A stretch of DNA of 64,000 nt from Rhodobacterales bacterium (GCA_002748285.1 PDSA01000032.1:6857-70856); one strand, 5' to 3'; shown: positions 26,728 to 35,830, counted from the stretch's first letter. Made by a program: numbers and translations. Notes: a model not told the origin generated them from the sequence alone.

Positions 26728-27111
26728 CTATGGACGCAAAAAATAGCGGATCGAGGGGATATCCGTCGGCGCATTGTCTTTGCTGAAATCATATTTGACC
26801 TGCTGAACGCGAATGGTTTCCGAACGGCCCGGCTTGAACTGATAGCCTTCGATCCCCTGATTGAACACAATTCTGTCGCCCGATTTCGTCGTCCCGACAA
26901 AGCAATCAAACCGCCGCCCCATCATACCATGGCAGCGCTCGAGTTTGCCGATGATATGCACCTCAAACGTTTTGCGCGACAACACCGGCAGCGTGTCATA
27001 AACACTAACCGCCTGAGTCGGCACAGGCCCTGCCTGCACCGTTTTGTCCTGTTCTACAACACAGCCCGCCAGAGCAAACCCGGCCAGCACAAAACCCATC
27101 ACCTTGTTCAT
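26728..27111 (-). CDS. small lipoprotein (hypothetical)
   Basis: MNKVMGFVLAGFALAGC is a signal peptide plus lipobox. No family recognised. GC is about 52% in a 240-nt hand count, slightly below the surroundings. Confidence 0.55.
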   Translation of the reverse strand: MNKVMGFVLAGFALAGCVVEQDKTVQAGPVPTQAVSVYDTLPVLSRKTFEVHIIGKLERCHGMMGRRFDCFVGTTKSGDRIVFNQGIEGYQFKPGRSETIRVQQVKYDFSKDNAPTDIPSIRYFLRP

Positions 27112-27150
27112 CACGATCCTCCTGATCACATTCCTCTTACCCGCAGACCC

Positions 27151-29685
27151 TTAATAGAGCCCACCCGACGACAACGACCCAAAGCTGGCATTGCCCCCCA
27201 GCGTGGCGGTGCCGCCATCTGAGGTGGTCACGGTTTTCACATGCTGTGCCTCTTCGAACAGCGGCAAATTGGTGCCCATGGCAAACCCACCATCAAAGGC
27301 AATCCCGAACACCGGCTCTTCGCCGTCGCGGAAATATTCAGCCACCACATTGGGGCCGCTGGCGCTGTCAGACAGCCGCGCACCGCTATAGCGGTCGATC
27401 TTGATGAAATGCCCGCCGGGAGGCACCGCAAATTTGCCGCCGCCATATTTCTTGGTGGCGTGTTTCATGAATTCGTTGAACACCGGCGCACACATCGACC
27501 CGCCAAACGCCCCGCGCCCCAAAGGCCGTGGCGTGTCAAAACCCATATAACAGCCGGCAACGATGTTCGAGGTAAAGCCGGTAAACCACACATCCTTGGC
27601 GTCATTGGTGGTGCCGGTCTTGCCCGCCACCGGAACGCCCAGATTGATCTTGCCCCTGGCGGTGCCGCGCTGGATCACCCCCTGCATCATCGAGCGGATC
27701 TGATAGGCGGTGATCGCATCAATCACCCGCTCGCGGTTCGAACGGATCAGCGGCGCATCCCCCGCGGGCAGGCTGTCAGACTGGCAATTCGTGCAGTCGC
27801 GTTGGTCATGGCGGTAAATCGTTTTGCCAAAACGGTCCTGCACCCGGTCGACCAGCGTCGGCTGGATGCGTTCGCCGCCATTGGCGATCATGGCATAGCC
27901 GGTCACCACCTTCATCAGCGTGGTTTCCTGCGACCCCAGCGCATTGGCCAGAAACGGGTTCATCCGGTCATAGAGCCCGAAATTTTCGCCATAAGAGGCC
28001 ACCACATCCATGCCGATCTCATTGGCCAGCCGGATGGTCATGATGTTGCGCGATTGCTCGATCCCGGTGCGCAGCGGGGTCGGCCCGTAGAATTTATGCG
28101 ATGCGTTTTTCGGCCGCCAGACCCCATCCGGCGTGTTGATCTCGATCGGAGCATCCACCACAATCGTGGCCGGCGTATAGCCGCTGTCCAGCGCGGCGGC
28201 ATAGACGAAGGGCTTGAAATTCGACCCCGGCTGACGCATCGCCTGCGAGGCACGGTTGAACACCGAATGCTGATAGGAAAAGCCCCCCTGCATCGCCAAA
28301 ACCCGCCCGGTATGCACATCCATCGCCATGAAGCCGCCCTGAATTTCCGGCACCTGCCGCAACGTCCAGCGGATAAAGCTGCCATCGGAATCCTTGCGCA
28401 TTTCGCGCACATGCACCACATCACCGACATTCAGCAATTTGCCCTTGCGCCCAAGCTTGCCATTGTCCAGACGTTTACGAGCCCATTTCATATCCTTGGC
28501 CGGAATCCAGTGGCCATCCGCATCCTCGTCAACACCTTCAATGCCAATCCGGGCCGCGCCCTTGGAGGACATCTCCAGCACCACCGCCGGATGCCACACC
28601 CCCTTGAAATCAATATCGCGGGCAATATCCACATTCGCCAGCGCCGCGCGCCAGCTGGCTTCGTCTTTCAGCGCCTCAGCGGGCAGAGTCTTGCCGGTGC
28701 CGCGCCACACCCCGGTGCCGCGGTCGTATTTCTCCAGCCCACGGCGCATCGCCTTGGCGGCCTCGGTCTGCATTTCGGGGTCAATCGTGGCCCGGATGCT
28801 CAGCCCGCCTGAGAAAAACTCGCCCTCGCCGAAATCATGGGTCAGCTGACGGCGGATTTCATCGGTGAAATAATCCCGCGGGGGCAGCGCCTTTTTAAAG
28901 CTGTCGAAATCGCCGCTTTGCACGGTTTTCAACGGCGCTTCCCGGGCGCTCTGATACGCCGCTTTGGTCAGATAACCGTTTTCGTTCATTTCCTTCAGCA
29001 CGAAATTACGCCGACCAGTGGCGCGTTTTTGTTGGCGCACCGGATGGTATTTCGAAGGGGCCTTGGGCAGCACCGCCAGATAGGCGGCCTCTTGCGGGGC
29101 AAGTTGATCAAGGGTTTTGTTGAAATAGGTCTGGGCGGCGGCGGCCACGCCATAGCTGTTCTGGCCCAGAAAAATCTCGTTCAGGTAAAGCTCAAGGATC
29201 TTGTCCTTGCTCAGGGTCTGCTCCAGCCGCGAGGCCAGAATCAGCTCTTTGATCTTACGTTCAGCCTTGCGATCTGAACTAAGAAGAAAGTTCTTCATCA
29301 CCTGCTGGGTAATGGTCGAGGCCCCCCGCAGCCGCTTGCCACGCGCCGCATCAACCGCCGCCTTGGCAATGCCCACCACATCATAGCCCTTGTGGTTATA
29401 AAAATTCTTGTCCTCAGCGGAAATGAACGCCTGCTTGACCAGATCTGGGATATCCTCGATCGGCACGAACAGGCGGCGCTCTTTGGCGAATTCATCAATA
29501 ATGCGCCCCTCGCCCGAATAAATCCGGCTGATGGTGGGTGGGGTATATTGCGACAGGGCCTCATGGCTGGGCAAATCGCGGCTATACACCCAAAACACCG
29601 CCCCCAACACCAGCGCCGCCATCAGGGCAGCAAGGGTCAGCAGGCTGAAAATCGCGCCAAAAAAGGATATAATGGGTCTGAGCAA
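27151..29685 (-). CDS. mrcA: penicillin-binding protein 1A (bifunctional transglycosylase/transpeptidase)
   Basis: GT51 motifs (AFISAEDKNFYNH, GASTITQQ, RKIKE). Transpeptidase motifs SxxK (GSNFKP), SRN and KTGTT. TTG start at 29685 with GGAGAG 5 nt upstream. Confidence 0.95.
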   Translation of the reverse strand: MLRPIISFFGAIFSLLTLAALMAALVLGAVFWVYSRDLPSHEALSQYTPPTISRIYSGEGRIIDEFAKERRLFVPIEDIPDLVKQAFISAEDKNFYNHKGYDVVGIAKAAVDAARGKRLRGASTITQQVMKNFLLSSDRKAERKIKELILASRLEQTLSKDKILELYLNEIFLGQNSYGVAAAAQTYFNKTLDQLAPQEAAYLAVLPKAPSKYHPVRQQKRATGRRNFVLKEMNENGYLTKAAYQSAREAPLKTVQSGDFDSFKKALPPRDYFTDEIRRQLTHDFGEGEFFSGGLSIRATIDPEMQTEAAKAMRRGLEKYDRGTGVWRGTGKTLPAEALKDEASWRAALANVDIARDIDFKGVWHPAVVLEMSSKGAARIGIEGVDEDADGHWIPAKDMKWARKRLDNGKLGRKGKLLNVGDVVHVREMRKDSDGSFIRWTLRQVPEIQGGFMAMDVHTGRVLAMQGGFSYQHSVFNRASQAMRQPGSNFKPFVYAAALDSGYTPATIVVDAPIEINTPDGVWRPKNASHKFYGPTPLRTGIEQSRNIMTIRLANEIGMDVVASYGENFGLYDRMNPFLANALGSQETTLMKVVTGYAMIANGGERIQPTLVDRVQDRFGKTIYRHDQRDCTNCQSDSLPAGDAPLIRSNRERVIDAITAYQIRSMMQGVIQRGTARGKINLGVPVAGKTGTTNDAKDVWFTGFTSNIVAGCYMGFDTPRPLGRGAFGGSMCAPVFNEFMKHATKKYGGGKFAVPPGGHFIKIDRYSGARLSDSASGPNVVAEYFRDGEEPVFGIAFDGGFAMGTNLPLFEEAQHVKTVTTSDGGTATLGGNASFGSLSSGGLY

Positions 29686-29799
29686 AGCGGCTCTCCGTTG
29701 CGAAGGTTGATCCCCGCTATATAGGCGGCCAGCCCGGTGGGGTCAAAACCTCTGGGTCAATTATTCGTGAAGCATCGGCTGTTTTGCGCTGGTTTGGCC

Positions 29800-31062
29800 T
29801 TATTTGCGCAGCAACTGGCGCTTGGCGGCATCGGTTTGCGCCCACAGGCTCAGCGCCTGCCGAATCCCCTCTGCGGCTTTGGCGCGCCAATCCGGCGAAG
29901 TCAGATTGTCCAGATCCTGCTGATTGGACAAAAAGCCAAGTTCGATCAGCACCGAAGGAATATCGGGCGATTTCAGCACCGAAAAGGCGGCACTTTGGCG
30001 CGGGCGTTTGTGCATCCGGCCGATTTGCTGCTGCAACCCCTGCACCAGCGCATCGGCCAGCGCATCGGCCCGCGGGCTGGTTTCCTGCCGAGCCAGATCC
30101 ATCAGCACATCGGCAATCACATCATCCTGCCCCGACAGATCGACCCCGGCCAGCAGATCGGCGCGCTCATGGCGTTCGGCCAGCAGCTGCGAGGCCCAAT
30201 CGCTGACATCTTCGGACAAGGTATAAACCGTCGCCCCCGAAGCCTGCCCCTGCGCCAGAGCATCCGCATGCAGCGAGATAAACACATCCGCCCCGGCAGC
30301 GCGGGCAATGCTGATGCGCCGCTCCAGAGGCACGAACACATCCGCATCGCGGGTCAGCACCACCTGAAACGGCCCCGAGCGCATCAGCCGCTCTTGCAGC
30401 TCGCGGGCAAAGATCAGCATCAGATCGGCCTCATTCAGCCCGGCAATCTGAGCGCCGGGGTCAATGCCGCCGTGGCCCGGGTCCAGCACCACCACCAGTT
30501 TGCCATCCTTGGGTTTGGCGGGCGGCGCGGGCGCGGGCTGATTCTGAAGCTGCCCCCAGATCCCGGCATTGGGGTGGCCGGTTTGAGCGCGGAAATCCTC
30601 TAATCTGGCTGGGGACAGGCGCAAATCAAGCGTGGTCTGGTCGCCCTGCTGATCGGTGCGCATCACCGCACTCTTCAAGATCAGCGGGTGTTTCAGATCA
30701 ACCACCATGCGCGACCAGCCAGGGCGGAACACGCCAAAGCGCACCGCGCTGGCCTGACCGGGCTCCAGCAGGGTGGCGGCATCGGCTGCGCTCCAATCCA
30801 CCTCGCGAAAATCCAGCACCAGCCGCATCGGCTGATCCAGCGTGAACACCCGATACGGCACAGCCTGACTGAGATTCAGCGCGATCTCTAACCCGCCGCG
30901 TTTCTGATCGCGGATGAACGAGCCCTGCGGCTGGAACCGCGCCAGAGCCGATAGATCGGGGGCCGAGAGCTGCCGACCGGGCCGCTCCTGCGCCGACAGA
31001 CTACCGGCCCAAAGCAGCACCAGCAGCAACGCGATTTTCCATAGCCAAGCGGAGATTTTCAT
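29800..31062 (-). CDS. N-acetylmuramoyl-L-alanine amidase (AmiC-like, AMIN domain plus amidase_3)
   Basis: Signal peptide. Catalytic block VVLDPGHGGIDPGA...FISLHADA...LIELGFLSN. Start at ATG 31062; GTG 31071 is also possible. Confidence 0.88.
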   Translation of the reverse strand: MKISAWLWKIALLLVLLWAGSLSAQERPGRQLSAPDLSALARFQPQGSFIRDQKRGGLEIALNLSQAVPYRVFTLDQPMRLVLDFREVDWSAADAATLLEPGQASAVRFGVFRPGWSRMVVDLKHPLILKSAVMRTDQQGDQTTLDLRLSPARLEDFRAQTGHPNAGIWGQLQNQPAPAPPAKPKDGKLVVVLDPGHGGIDPGAQIAGLNEADLMLIFARELQERLMRSGPFQVVLTRDADVFVPLERRISIARAAGADVFISLHADALAQGQASGATVYTLSEDVSDWASQLLAERHERADLLAGVDLSGQDDVIADVLMDLARQETSPRADALADALVQGLQQQIGRMHKRPRQSAAFSVLKSPDIPSVLIELGFLSNQQDLDNLTSPDWRAKAAEGIRQALSLWAQTDAAKRQLLRK

Positions 31063-31129
31063 CTGCAACACCTTGTTTTTCCCCGCTTATAACCCGCCGC
31101 AGGGATCAGGCAAAGCCAAAGCCGCGGCT

Positions 31130-32278
31130 TTATCGCCCGCGTGTGGCCATAAAGTCCTGCAAACGCTGCAAGCCTTCGACAATATCGGCCGTGGCGCGGG
31201 CATAGGAAAAGCGCAAGGTCTGATGGCCGCGCTGCTGGTCAAAATCCAGCCCCGGCGTCACCGCCACCCCGGCCTGTTGCAAAATCTCGGCGGCAAAGGC
31301 GCGGCTATCCTTGGTCAGATCGGACACATCAGCATAGATGTAAAACGCCCCATCCGGCGGCGCGATTTTGTCAAACCCGGCCTTGGGCAGACCTTCGAGC
31401 ATCAGCTGCCGGTTCTGGCGATAAACCGCCATGTTCTGCTCCAGCTCATCGCCCGCTTCCATCGCCTCCAGCGCCACCAACTGCGAGGCGTGCGAAGGGC
31501 AGATGAACATGTTTTGCGCCAGCCGCTCAATCACCCGCACATGGTCGGGCGGCACCACCATCCAGCCGACCCGCCAGCCGGTCATCGAGAAATATTTGGA
31601 AAACGAGTTGATCACATAGACATCATCGCTGATCTCCAGCGCCGACACCGCGCGATCGCCATATTGGATGCCGTGATAGATTTCATCCGAGATATAGCTG
31701 ATCCCCTGCTGCGCACAGGCCGAGATCAGGCGGCGCATCGCGTCATGATCCAGCATAGTGCCCGACGGGTTGGCGGGAGAGGCCACAATCAGGCCGTCCA
31801 GCCCCTTCCCCGCCAGCTGTTCGGCCACCGGTTGCAGGCGGTTTTCCACCGTGGTCTGCAAGCCCACCGGCTGCAAATCCAGCGCCGAGAGGATCTGTTT
31901 GTAAGACGGATAGCCCGGCTCACCCAGCCCGACCTTGGCGCCGGTGTCAAACAGCGCGGTAAAGGCCAGAATGAACGCCCCGGAAGAGCCCGGCGTCACC
32001 ACCACCCGGGCCGGGTCCAGATCAATGCCATACCATTTTTGATACAGCCCGGCGATTTTCGCCCGCAATTCCGGCAGCCCCAGCGCCACGGTATAGCCCA
32101 TCGGCTGCTGCTGCATGGCCACGGCCAGCGCATCGCGGGCCGCTTGCGGAGCGGGGGTGCCGGGCTGGCCGACCTCCATATGGATGATGTGGCGGCCCTC
32201 GGCTTCGGCACTGCGGGCGGCCTCCATCACATCCATCACAATAAAGGGATCAACAGCGCTACGGCTTGATATTTTCAT
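31130..32278 (-). CDS. class I/II PLP-dependent aminotransferase (aspartate-aminotransferase-like)
   Basis: GQPGTPAP, ASPANPSG, and the PLP-lysine block NSFSKYFSMTGWRVGW. Confidence 0.9.
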   Translation of the reverse strand: MKISSRSAVDPFIVMDVMEAARSAEAEGRHIIHMEVGQPGTPAPQAARDALAVAMQQQPMGYTVALGLPELRAKIAGLYQKWYGIDLDPARVVVTPGSSGAFILAFTALFDTGAKVGLGEPGYPSYKQILSALDLQPVGLQTTVENRLQPVAEQLAGKGLDGLIVASPANPSGTMLDHDAMRRLISACAQQGISYISDEIYHGIQYGDRAVSALEISDDVYVINSFSKYFSMTGWRVGWMVVPPDHVRVIERLAQNMFICPSHASQLVALEAMEAGDELEQNMAVYRQNRQLMLEGLPKAGFDKIAPPDGAFYIYADVSDLTKDSRAFAAEILQQAGVAVTPGLDFDQQRGHQTLRFSYARATADIVEGLQRLQDFMATRGR

Positions 32279-32345
32279 AAGGCACCCCCAAAGTGCAGAG
32301 ACTTCAACGAAACGAACGATTCATTGGGGGTTGTCCCAAGATCGC

Positions 32346-33815
32346 ATGAAAAGGTCAATGGCAAGCATGGCAACGAGTGTTCAGGATAAAGATCTCTGCC
32401 CCGATCAGACGCTGGCTCGCGGGCTGCCTTTTAAAGACCTCTGGATAAAGCTTCGCCCCTTCTCACTGCCCCGCCCGGTCGTCAGGCCGGGCTGCGCCGG
32501 GCTGGTTCTGCTGGCTTTTGCCCTGCTGGCGCTGTTTTCACCCACCGCACAGGCAAAAAACCTGATCCGCGATGCCGAGATCGAATACGCCATGGCCAAA
32601 CTCGCCCGCCCGGTTCTGAGCGCCGCCGGGCTGCCCGCCGGGCGCATCAAGATCCTGATCATCGAGGATAGTGCGCTCAATGCCTTTGTCATGGACAGCC
32701 AGCATATTTTCATCAATTCCGGCCTGATCCTGAAGCTGAAAACGCCTGAGCAACTGCAAGCCGTGATCGCCCATGAGGCCGCCCATATCGCCAATGGCCA
32801 TATCTCGCGCCGGCTCAGCAATATCGGCACTGCCAACACCGCCGCCAAGCTGGGGCTGTTGCTGGCCACGGCGGTGATTGCCTCGGGCCATGGCGATGCC
32901 GGGGCGGGGATTGCGGTGGGGGCGGCCGCCAGCGCCCATCGGGTGCTTTTGTCGCATACCCGCAGCGAAGAGGCTTCGGCCGATCAATCCGGGGTGCGCT
33001 ATCTGGCCCGGGCCGGGATTGACCCGGCGGCGATGGTTGAGGTGTTGAACATGTTCAAGGATCAGGAGGCGCTGTCGCTGGGCCGGCGCGACCCTTACGC
33101 CCTGACGCATCCGCTGTCGCGGCAAAGGCTGCGGGCGGTCAAGGGCTATGCCGCCGCTTACAAGCCCCGGGGCAAACCAGACAGCCAGACCGCCTATTGG
33201 TATGCCCGCGCCCGGGGCAAGCTGGGGGCGTTTATCCGCCATTCGAAATGGGGCCTGCACGAGGCCAAAGCCACCCCCTATAAAGACGTCGCCACCATGA
33301 TGCGCGCCGTGGCCTATCACGGCAAACCCGATATCAAACGTGCGCTGGCCGAGATCAACCGGCTGATCAAAATGCGCCCCAAAGATGCTTATGCCCATGA
33401 GCTCAAAGGCCAGATCCTGCTGGAAACCCGGCAAAGCGCGGCCGCCGTGGCGGCCTATGGCCGGGCGGTGGCGCTGGCCCCGGATCAGCCGCTGATTTTG
33501 GCCGGGTATGGGCGGGCCTTGCTGGCGCAGAAAAACTATGGCAAAGCGCTGTCGGTGCTGCGCAAAGCCCGCGCCCGCGATCCATTTGATGCCCGCATGA
33601 TGCGCGATCTGGCGCTGGCCTATGCCAAAACCGGCAATAACGGCATGGCCAGCCTGGCCACGGCCGAGCGATACGCCATGCAGGGCCGTCTGAAAGATGC
33701 CGGCATCCACGCCAAACGCGCCGCCGGGCTGTTGCCGCGGGGCTCGACGGGCTGGAACCGGGCGCAGGATGTGTTAAGAGCGGCGGAAAACGCCAAAAAT
33801 AAAAAACGGAGATAA
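32346..33815 (+). CDS. M48-family zinc metalloprotease with C-terminal TPR repeats (BepA-like)
   Basis: HEAAHIANGH (HExxH) plus a downstream E, a signal-anchor, and TPR-like repeats. The track ORF start (32115) overlaps the convergent aminotransferase. In-frame ATGs at 32346, 32358 and 32367 are the realistic starts. Confidence 0.85.
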   Translation: MKRSMASMATSVQDKDLCPDQTLARGLPFKDLWIKLRPFSLPRPVVRPGCAGLVLLAFALLALFSPTAQAKNLIRDAEIEYAMAKLARPVLSAAGLPAGRIKILIIEDSALNAFVMDSQHIFINSGLILKLKTPEQLQAVIAHEAAHIANGHISRRLSNIGTANTAAKLGLLLATAVIASGHGDAGAGIAVGAAASAHRVLLSHTRSEEASADQSGVRYLARAGIDPAAMVEVLNMFKDQEALSLGRRDPYALTHPLSRQRLRAVKGYAAAYKPRGKPDSQTAYWYARARGKLGAFIRHSKWGLHEAKATPYKDVATMMRAVAYHGKPDIKRALAEINRLIKMRPKDAYAHELKGQILLETRQSAAAVAAYGRAVALAPDQPLILAGYGRALLAQKNYGKALSVLRKARARDPFDARMMRDLALAYAKTGNNGMASLATAERYAMQGRLKDAGIHAKRAAGLLPRGSTGWNRAQDVLRAAENAKNKKRR

Positions 33816-33816
33816 T

Positions 33817-34400
33817 ATGAAACGCTTTATTGCTGCAACGCTGCTGGGCTGTGCCAGCCTCGGCCTGAGCGCCCCCGCCCACGCAACCGATATGTTGAAG
33901 ATGAGCGATGGTGAACGGGCGGTATTCGGCGCCGAAGTGCGCGCCTATCTTCTGGAAAATCCCGAGATCATTATCGAAGCTGTGCAAATTCTGGAAGAGC
34001 GCCGCGCTGCGGAACTGGCCAACAGCGATCACGCCCTGTTGCTGGAATATGCCGATCAGATTTACAATGACGGGTGGCCAGCGCCCGCTTTGCGATTGCC
34101 ACCTTGCTGATGGCCCCCGAAACCTACCCCAAGGTCAAAAACACCCTCATGTCCATGCGCGGCAAACCCAGCGAGGCGGCGTTGATGAAACTGGCCGCCG
34201 GGCTGGGGCTGGATGGGGATGCGTTGGTTGCGAAAATGGCAAGTGACGAGGTGAGCGGGATCATTGAGAACAATCATATGCTGGGGCAAAACCTGCGTAT
34301 CTCGGGCACCCCGGCTTTTATTCTTGGCGATCAGATCATCCGCGGCTCTTTGCCACTGGAGACAATGCAGGCGCTGGTTCAGCAGGCGCGGCAGAAATAG
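33817..34400 (+). pseudogene. DsbA-family periplasmic thiol:disulfide oxidoreductase, disrupted by an out-of-frame internal deletion that removes the CxxC region
   Basis: The N-terminal fragment (33817-34110) reads ...EERRAAELANSDHALLLEYADQIYNDG, then nonsense WPAPALRLPPC*. The C-terminal fragment (to 34400, in another frame) resumes at ASARFAIATLL... and keeps the cis-Pro loop ISGTPAFILGD. The 584 nt total is not a multiple of 3, and neither fragment contains a CxxC. Confidence 0.6.
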
Positions 34401-34480
34401 CCCTGAAACGGCCTCTGCATCAAGCTGCGCAGCCCGGCGTCCTTGACGCTATACGGCATTATGAAGAAGTCTTATAAACC

Positions 34481-34512
34481 AAAAAACAACCCCGCCACTG
34501 GCGGGGTTTTTG
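34481..34512. terminator. bidirectional intrinsic terminator (hairpin flanked by A6 and T5)
   Basis: AAAAAACAA-CCCCGCC-ACT-GGCGGGG-TTTTT. The hairpin is duplicated at 35716-35737, where only the plus-strand T-run is retained. Confidence 0.65.
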
Positions 34513-34604
34513 TCTCGCCCCCTCGGGACAGAACCTATTTGAGGGGCCAAATCTATTAATGCAAGGTTTTTGCGACAGCTCTGCCACTACCCGGCGCTGC
34601 TCTT
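34488..34604. repeat. 117-nt direct repeat, left copy (terminator hairpin plus an orphan relic of the last ~13 codons of the RodZ-like gene)
   Basis: Aligns without gaps to 35714-35830, with 106 of 117 identities by hand alignment. The minus-strand reading ...EQRRVVAELSQ parallels the genuine C-terminus ...EELRRVVAELSQ. Confidence 0.85.
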
Positions 34605-34614
34605 TGCAACCAAT

Positions 34615-34928
34615 TCAACATCGAAACACCCTGTCGGTCAGGCGCAAACCAAAGAGCCAGCGATCGGCCACATTCACCTCAATCTCACGCATAAGTTGCC
34701 GCTTCGAACGAATGCCAAACAGGTATCCAATGAACAGCACCTTGAACAAAACTTCCGGTGCAATCGGTGGGCGACCATTGTCATGGCAATATAAGCCCTC
34801 TGTCAGATCGCGGATGAAGCAAAATCAACTGCCGCATCTATCTTACGCAACAGATGATCGGCAGGAACCAAACTCTCAAGCGTGATCATCTCAGGCTCGG
34901 TCTGGTGGGATGTGAGCCGTTTCAGCAT
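34615..34928 (-). mobile_element. truncated, frameshifted IS1182/IS5-group transposase N-terminal relic
   Basis: Minus strand from ATG 34928: MLKRLTSHQTEPEMITLESLVPADHLLRKIDAAVDFA. After a 1-nt frameshift it continues FIRDLTEGLYCHDNGRPPIAPEVLFKVLFIGYLFGIRSKRQLMREIEVNVADRWLFGLRLTDRV and then ends. This matches the conserved InsH-type N-terminal domain as I recall it. No DDE domain is present. Confidence 0.7.
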
Positions 34929-35009
34929 GACAACATTGAATCAGGCGGTAGGCGACGGATCAAGTGAGCAATTCAAACGACGACAGAGCTGGAATCGAAG
35001 GCATCAATA

Positions 35010-35645
35010 TCATTGGTTTCGCATTGTCGAAACCGCTACTGAGGCACCCATTCCAACGAACAAGAGGCCAAAAATGCCGTTTATCCACCTTTGGAACTCG
35101 GAAAAAAATCTGACCGCAGGTTTGGTTGAAAACACTGCCGCAGTAACTGCGTGCTGAATTGCGCTTTGGAGGCTACAAATGACTGCGATCACCACCAAAA
35201 GCACTAAAGATGCGTCTACTGGTACAAACGTCGCAAATACAGATCCAAAAAATAAGGCTGCTTTAGGGTTAGTCAAAGCAACTATCGCCCCGGTCTTAAC
35301 CGAACCCCTCAATCCAGCGTCTTCGACAACAGATAGTTTCAAATCACTTTTGGTCGAAGCAGCTGAATTCAAAGACTTTACACCTAACCAAATCAGATAG
35401 CTGGCTCCCACAAGTTTCAACACAGTGACAGCGGTCGGAAACAATTCAAACAACAACGTTGCACCAGATAAAGCCAAAATCAGCCAAAATAAGTTACCCA
35501 AGGTTATGCCTATTCCTACGGAAATGCCATGAGATCGGCCATTTGTAAGCGATGCGCTCATGACTGCTACCATGCTTGGGCCAGGCGAAAGCCAGCCAGC
35601 AATCGTGACCGCAACAATCGCGCCAATTACCGCGATAACATCCAT
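35010..35645 (-). CDS. LysE/RhtB-family amino-acid exporter
   Basis: 211 aa, six hydrophobic helices, N-terminal SPGPSMV motif typical of LysE translocators. GGAGGAG lies upstream of ATG 35645. GC is about 44% in a 240-nt hand count (35161-35400). Confidence 0.85.
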   Translation of the reverse strand: MDVIAVIGAIVAVTIAGWLSPGPSMVAVMSASLTNGRSHGISVGIGITLGNLFWLILALSGATLLFELFPTAVTVLKLVGASYLIWLGVKSLNSAASTKSDLKLSVVEDAGLRGSVKTGAIVALTNPKAALFFGSVFATFVPVDASLVLLVVIAVICSLQSAIQHAVTAAVFSTKPAVRFFSEFQRWINGIFGLLFVGMGASVAVSTMRNQ

Positions 35646-35713
35646 GAAAATCTCCTCCGCCAAAAAAATAGGTAGCACACCTCAAGACTTCCCAACCTTT
35701 GCCAGAAGTCCGT

Positions 35714-35830
35714 AACCCCGCCACTGGCGGGGTTTTTGTCTCACCCCCTCGGGACCGAACCTATTAGAGGAACCAAATCTATTAATACAAGGCTATTGCG
35801 ACAGCTCTGCCACCACCCGGCGTAGCTCTT
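35714..35830. repeat. 117-nt direct repeat, right copy (includes the genuine 3' end of the RodZ-like gene)
   Basis: See 34488-34604. The offset between copies is 1226 nt and there are 11 mismatches. Confidence 0.85.

Noticed and set aside
26728-27111. Small lipoprotein gene as horizontally acquired DNA
   Set aside because: The hand-counted GC (about 52%) is only modestly below the local average. There are no flanking repeats or mobile-element remnants.
27241-28812. 523-aa plus-strand ORF inside the PBP1A locus
   Set aside because: It is antisense to a gene carrying all the GT51 and transpeptidase motifs, and its composition is typical of an antisense translation.
32115-32345. N-terminal 77 codons of the M48 protease track ORF
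   Set aside because: This part overlaps the 5' end of the divergently oriented aminotransferase gene and precedes the signal-anchor by an implausibly long Arg/Ala-rich stretch. The in-frame ATGs at 32346-32367 fit better.
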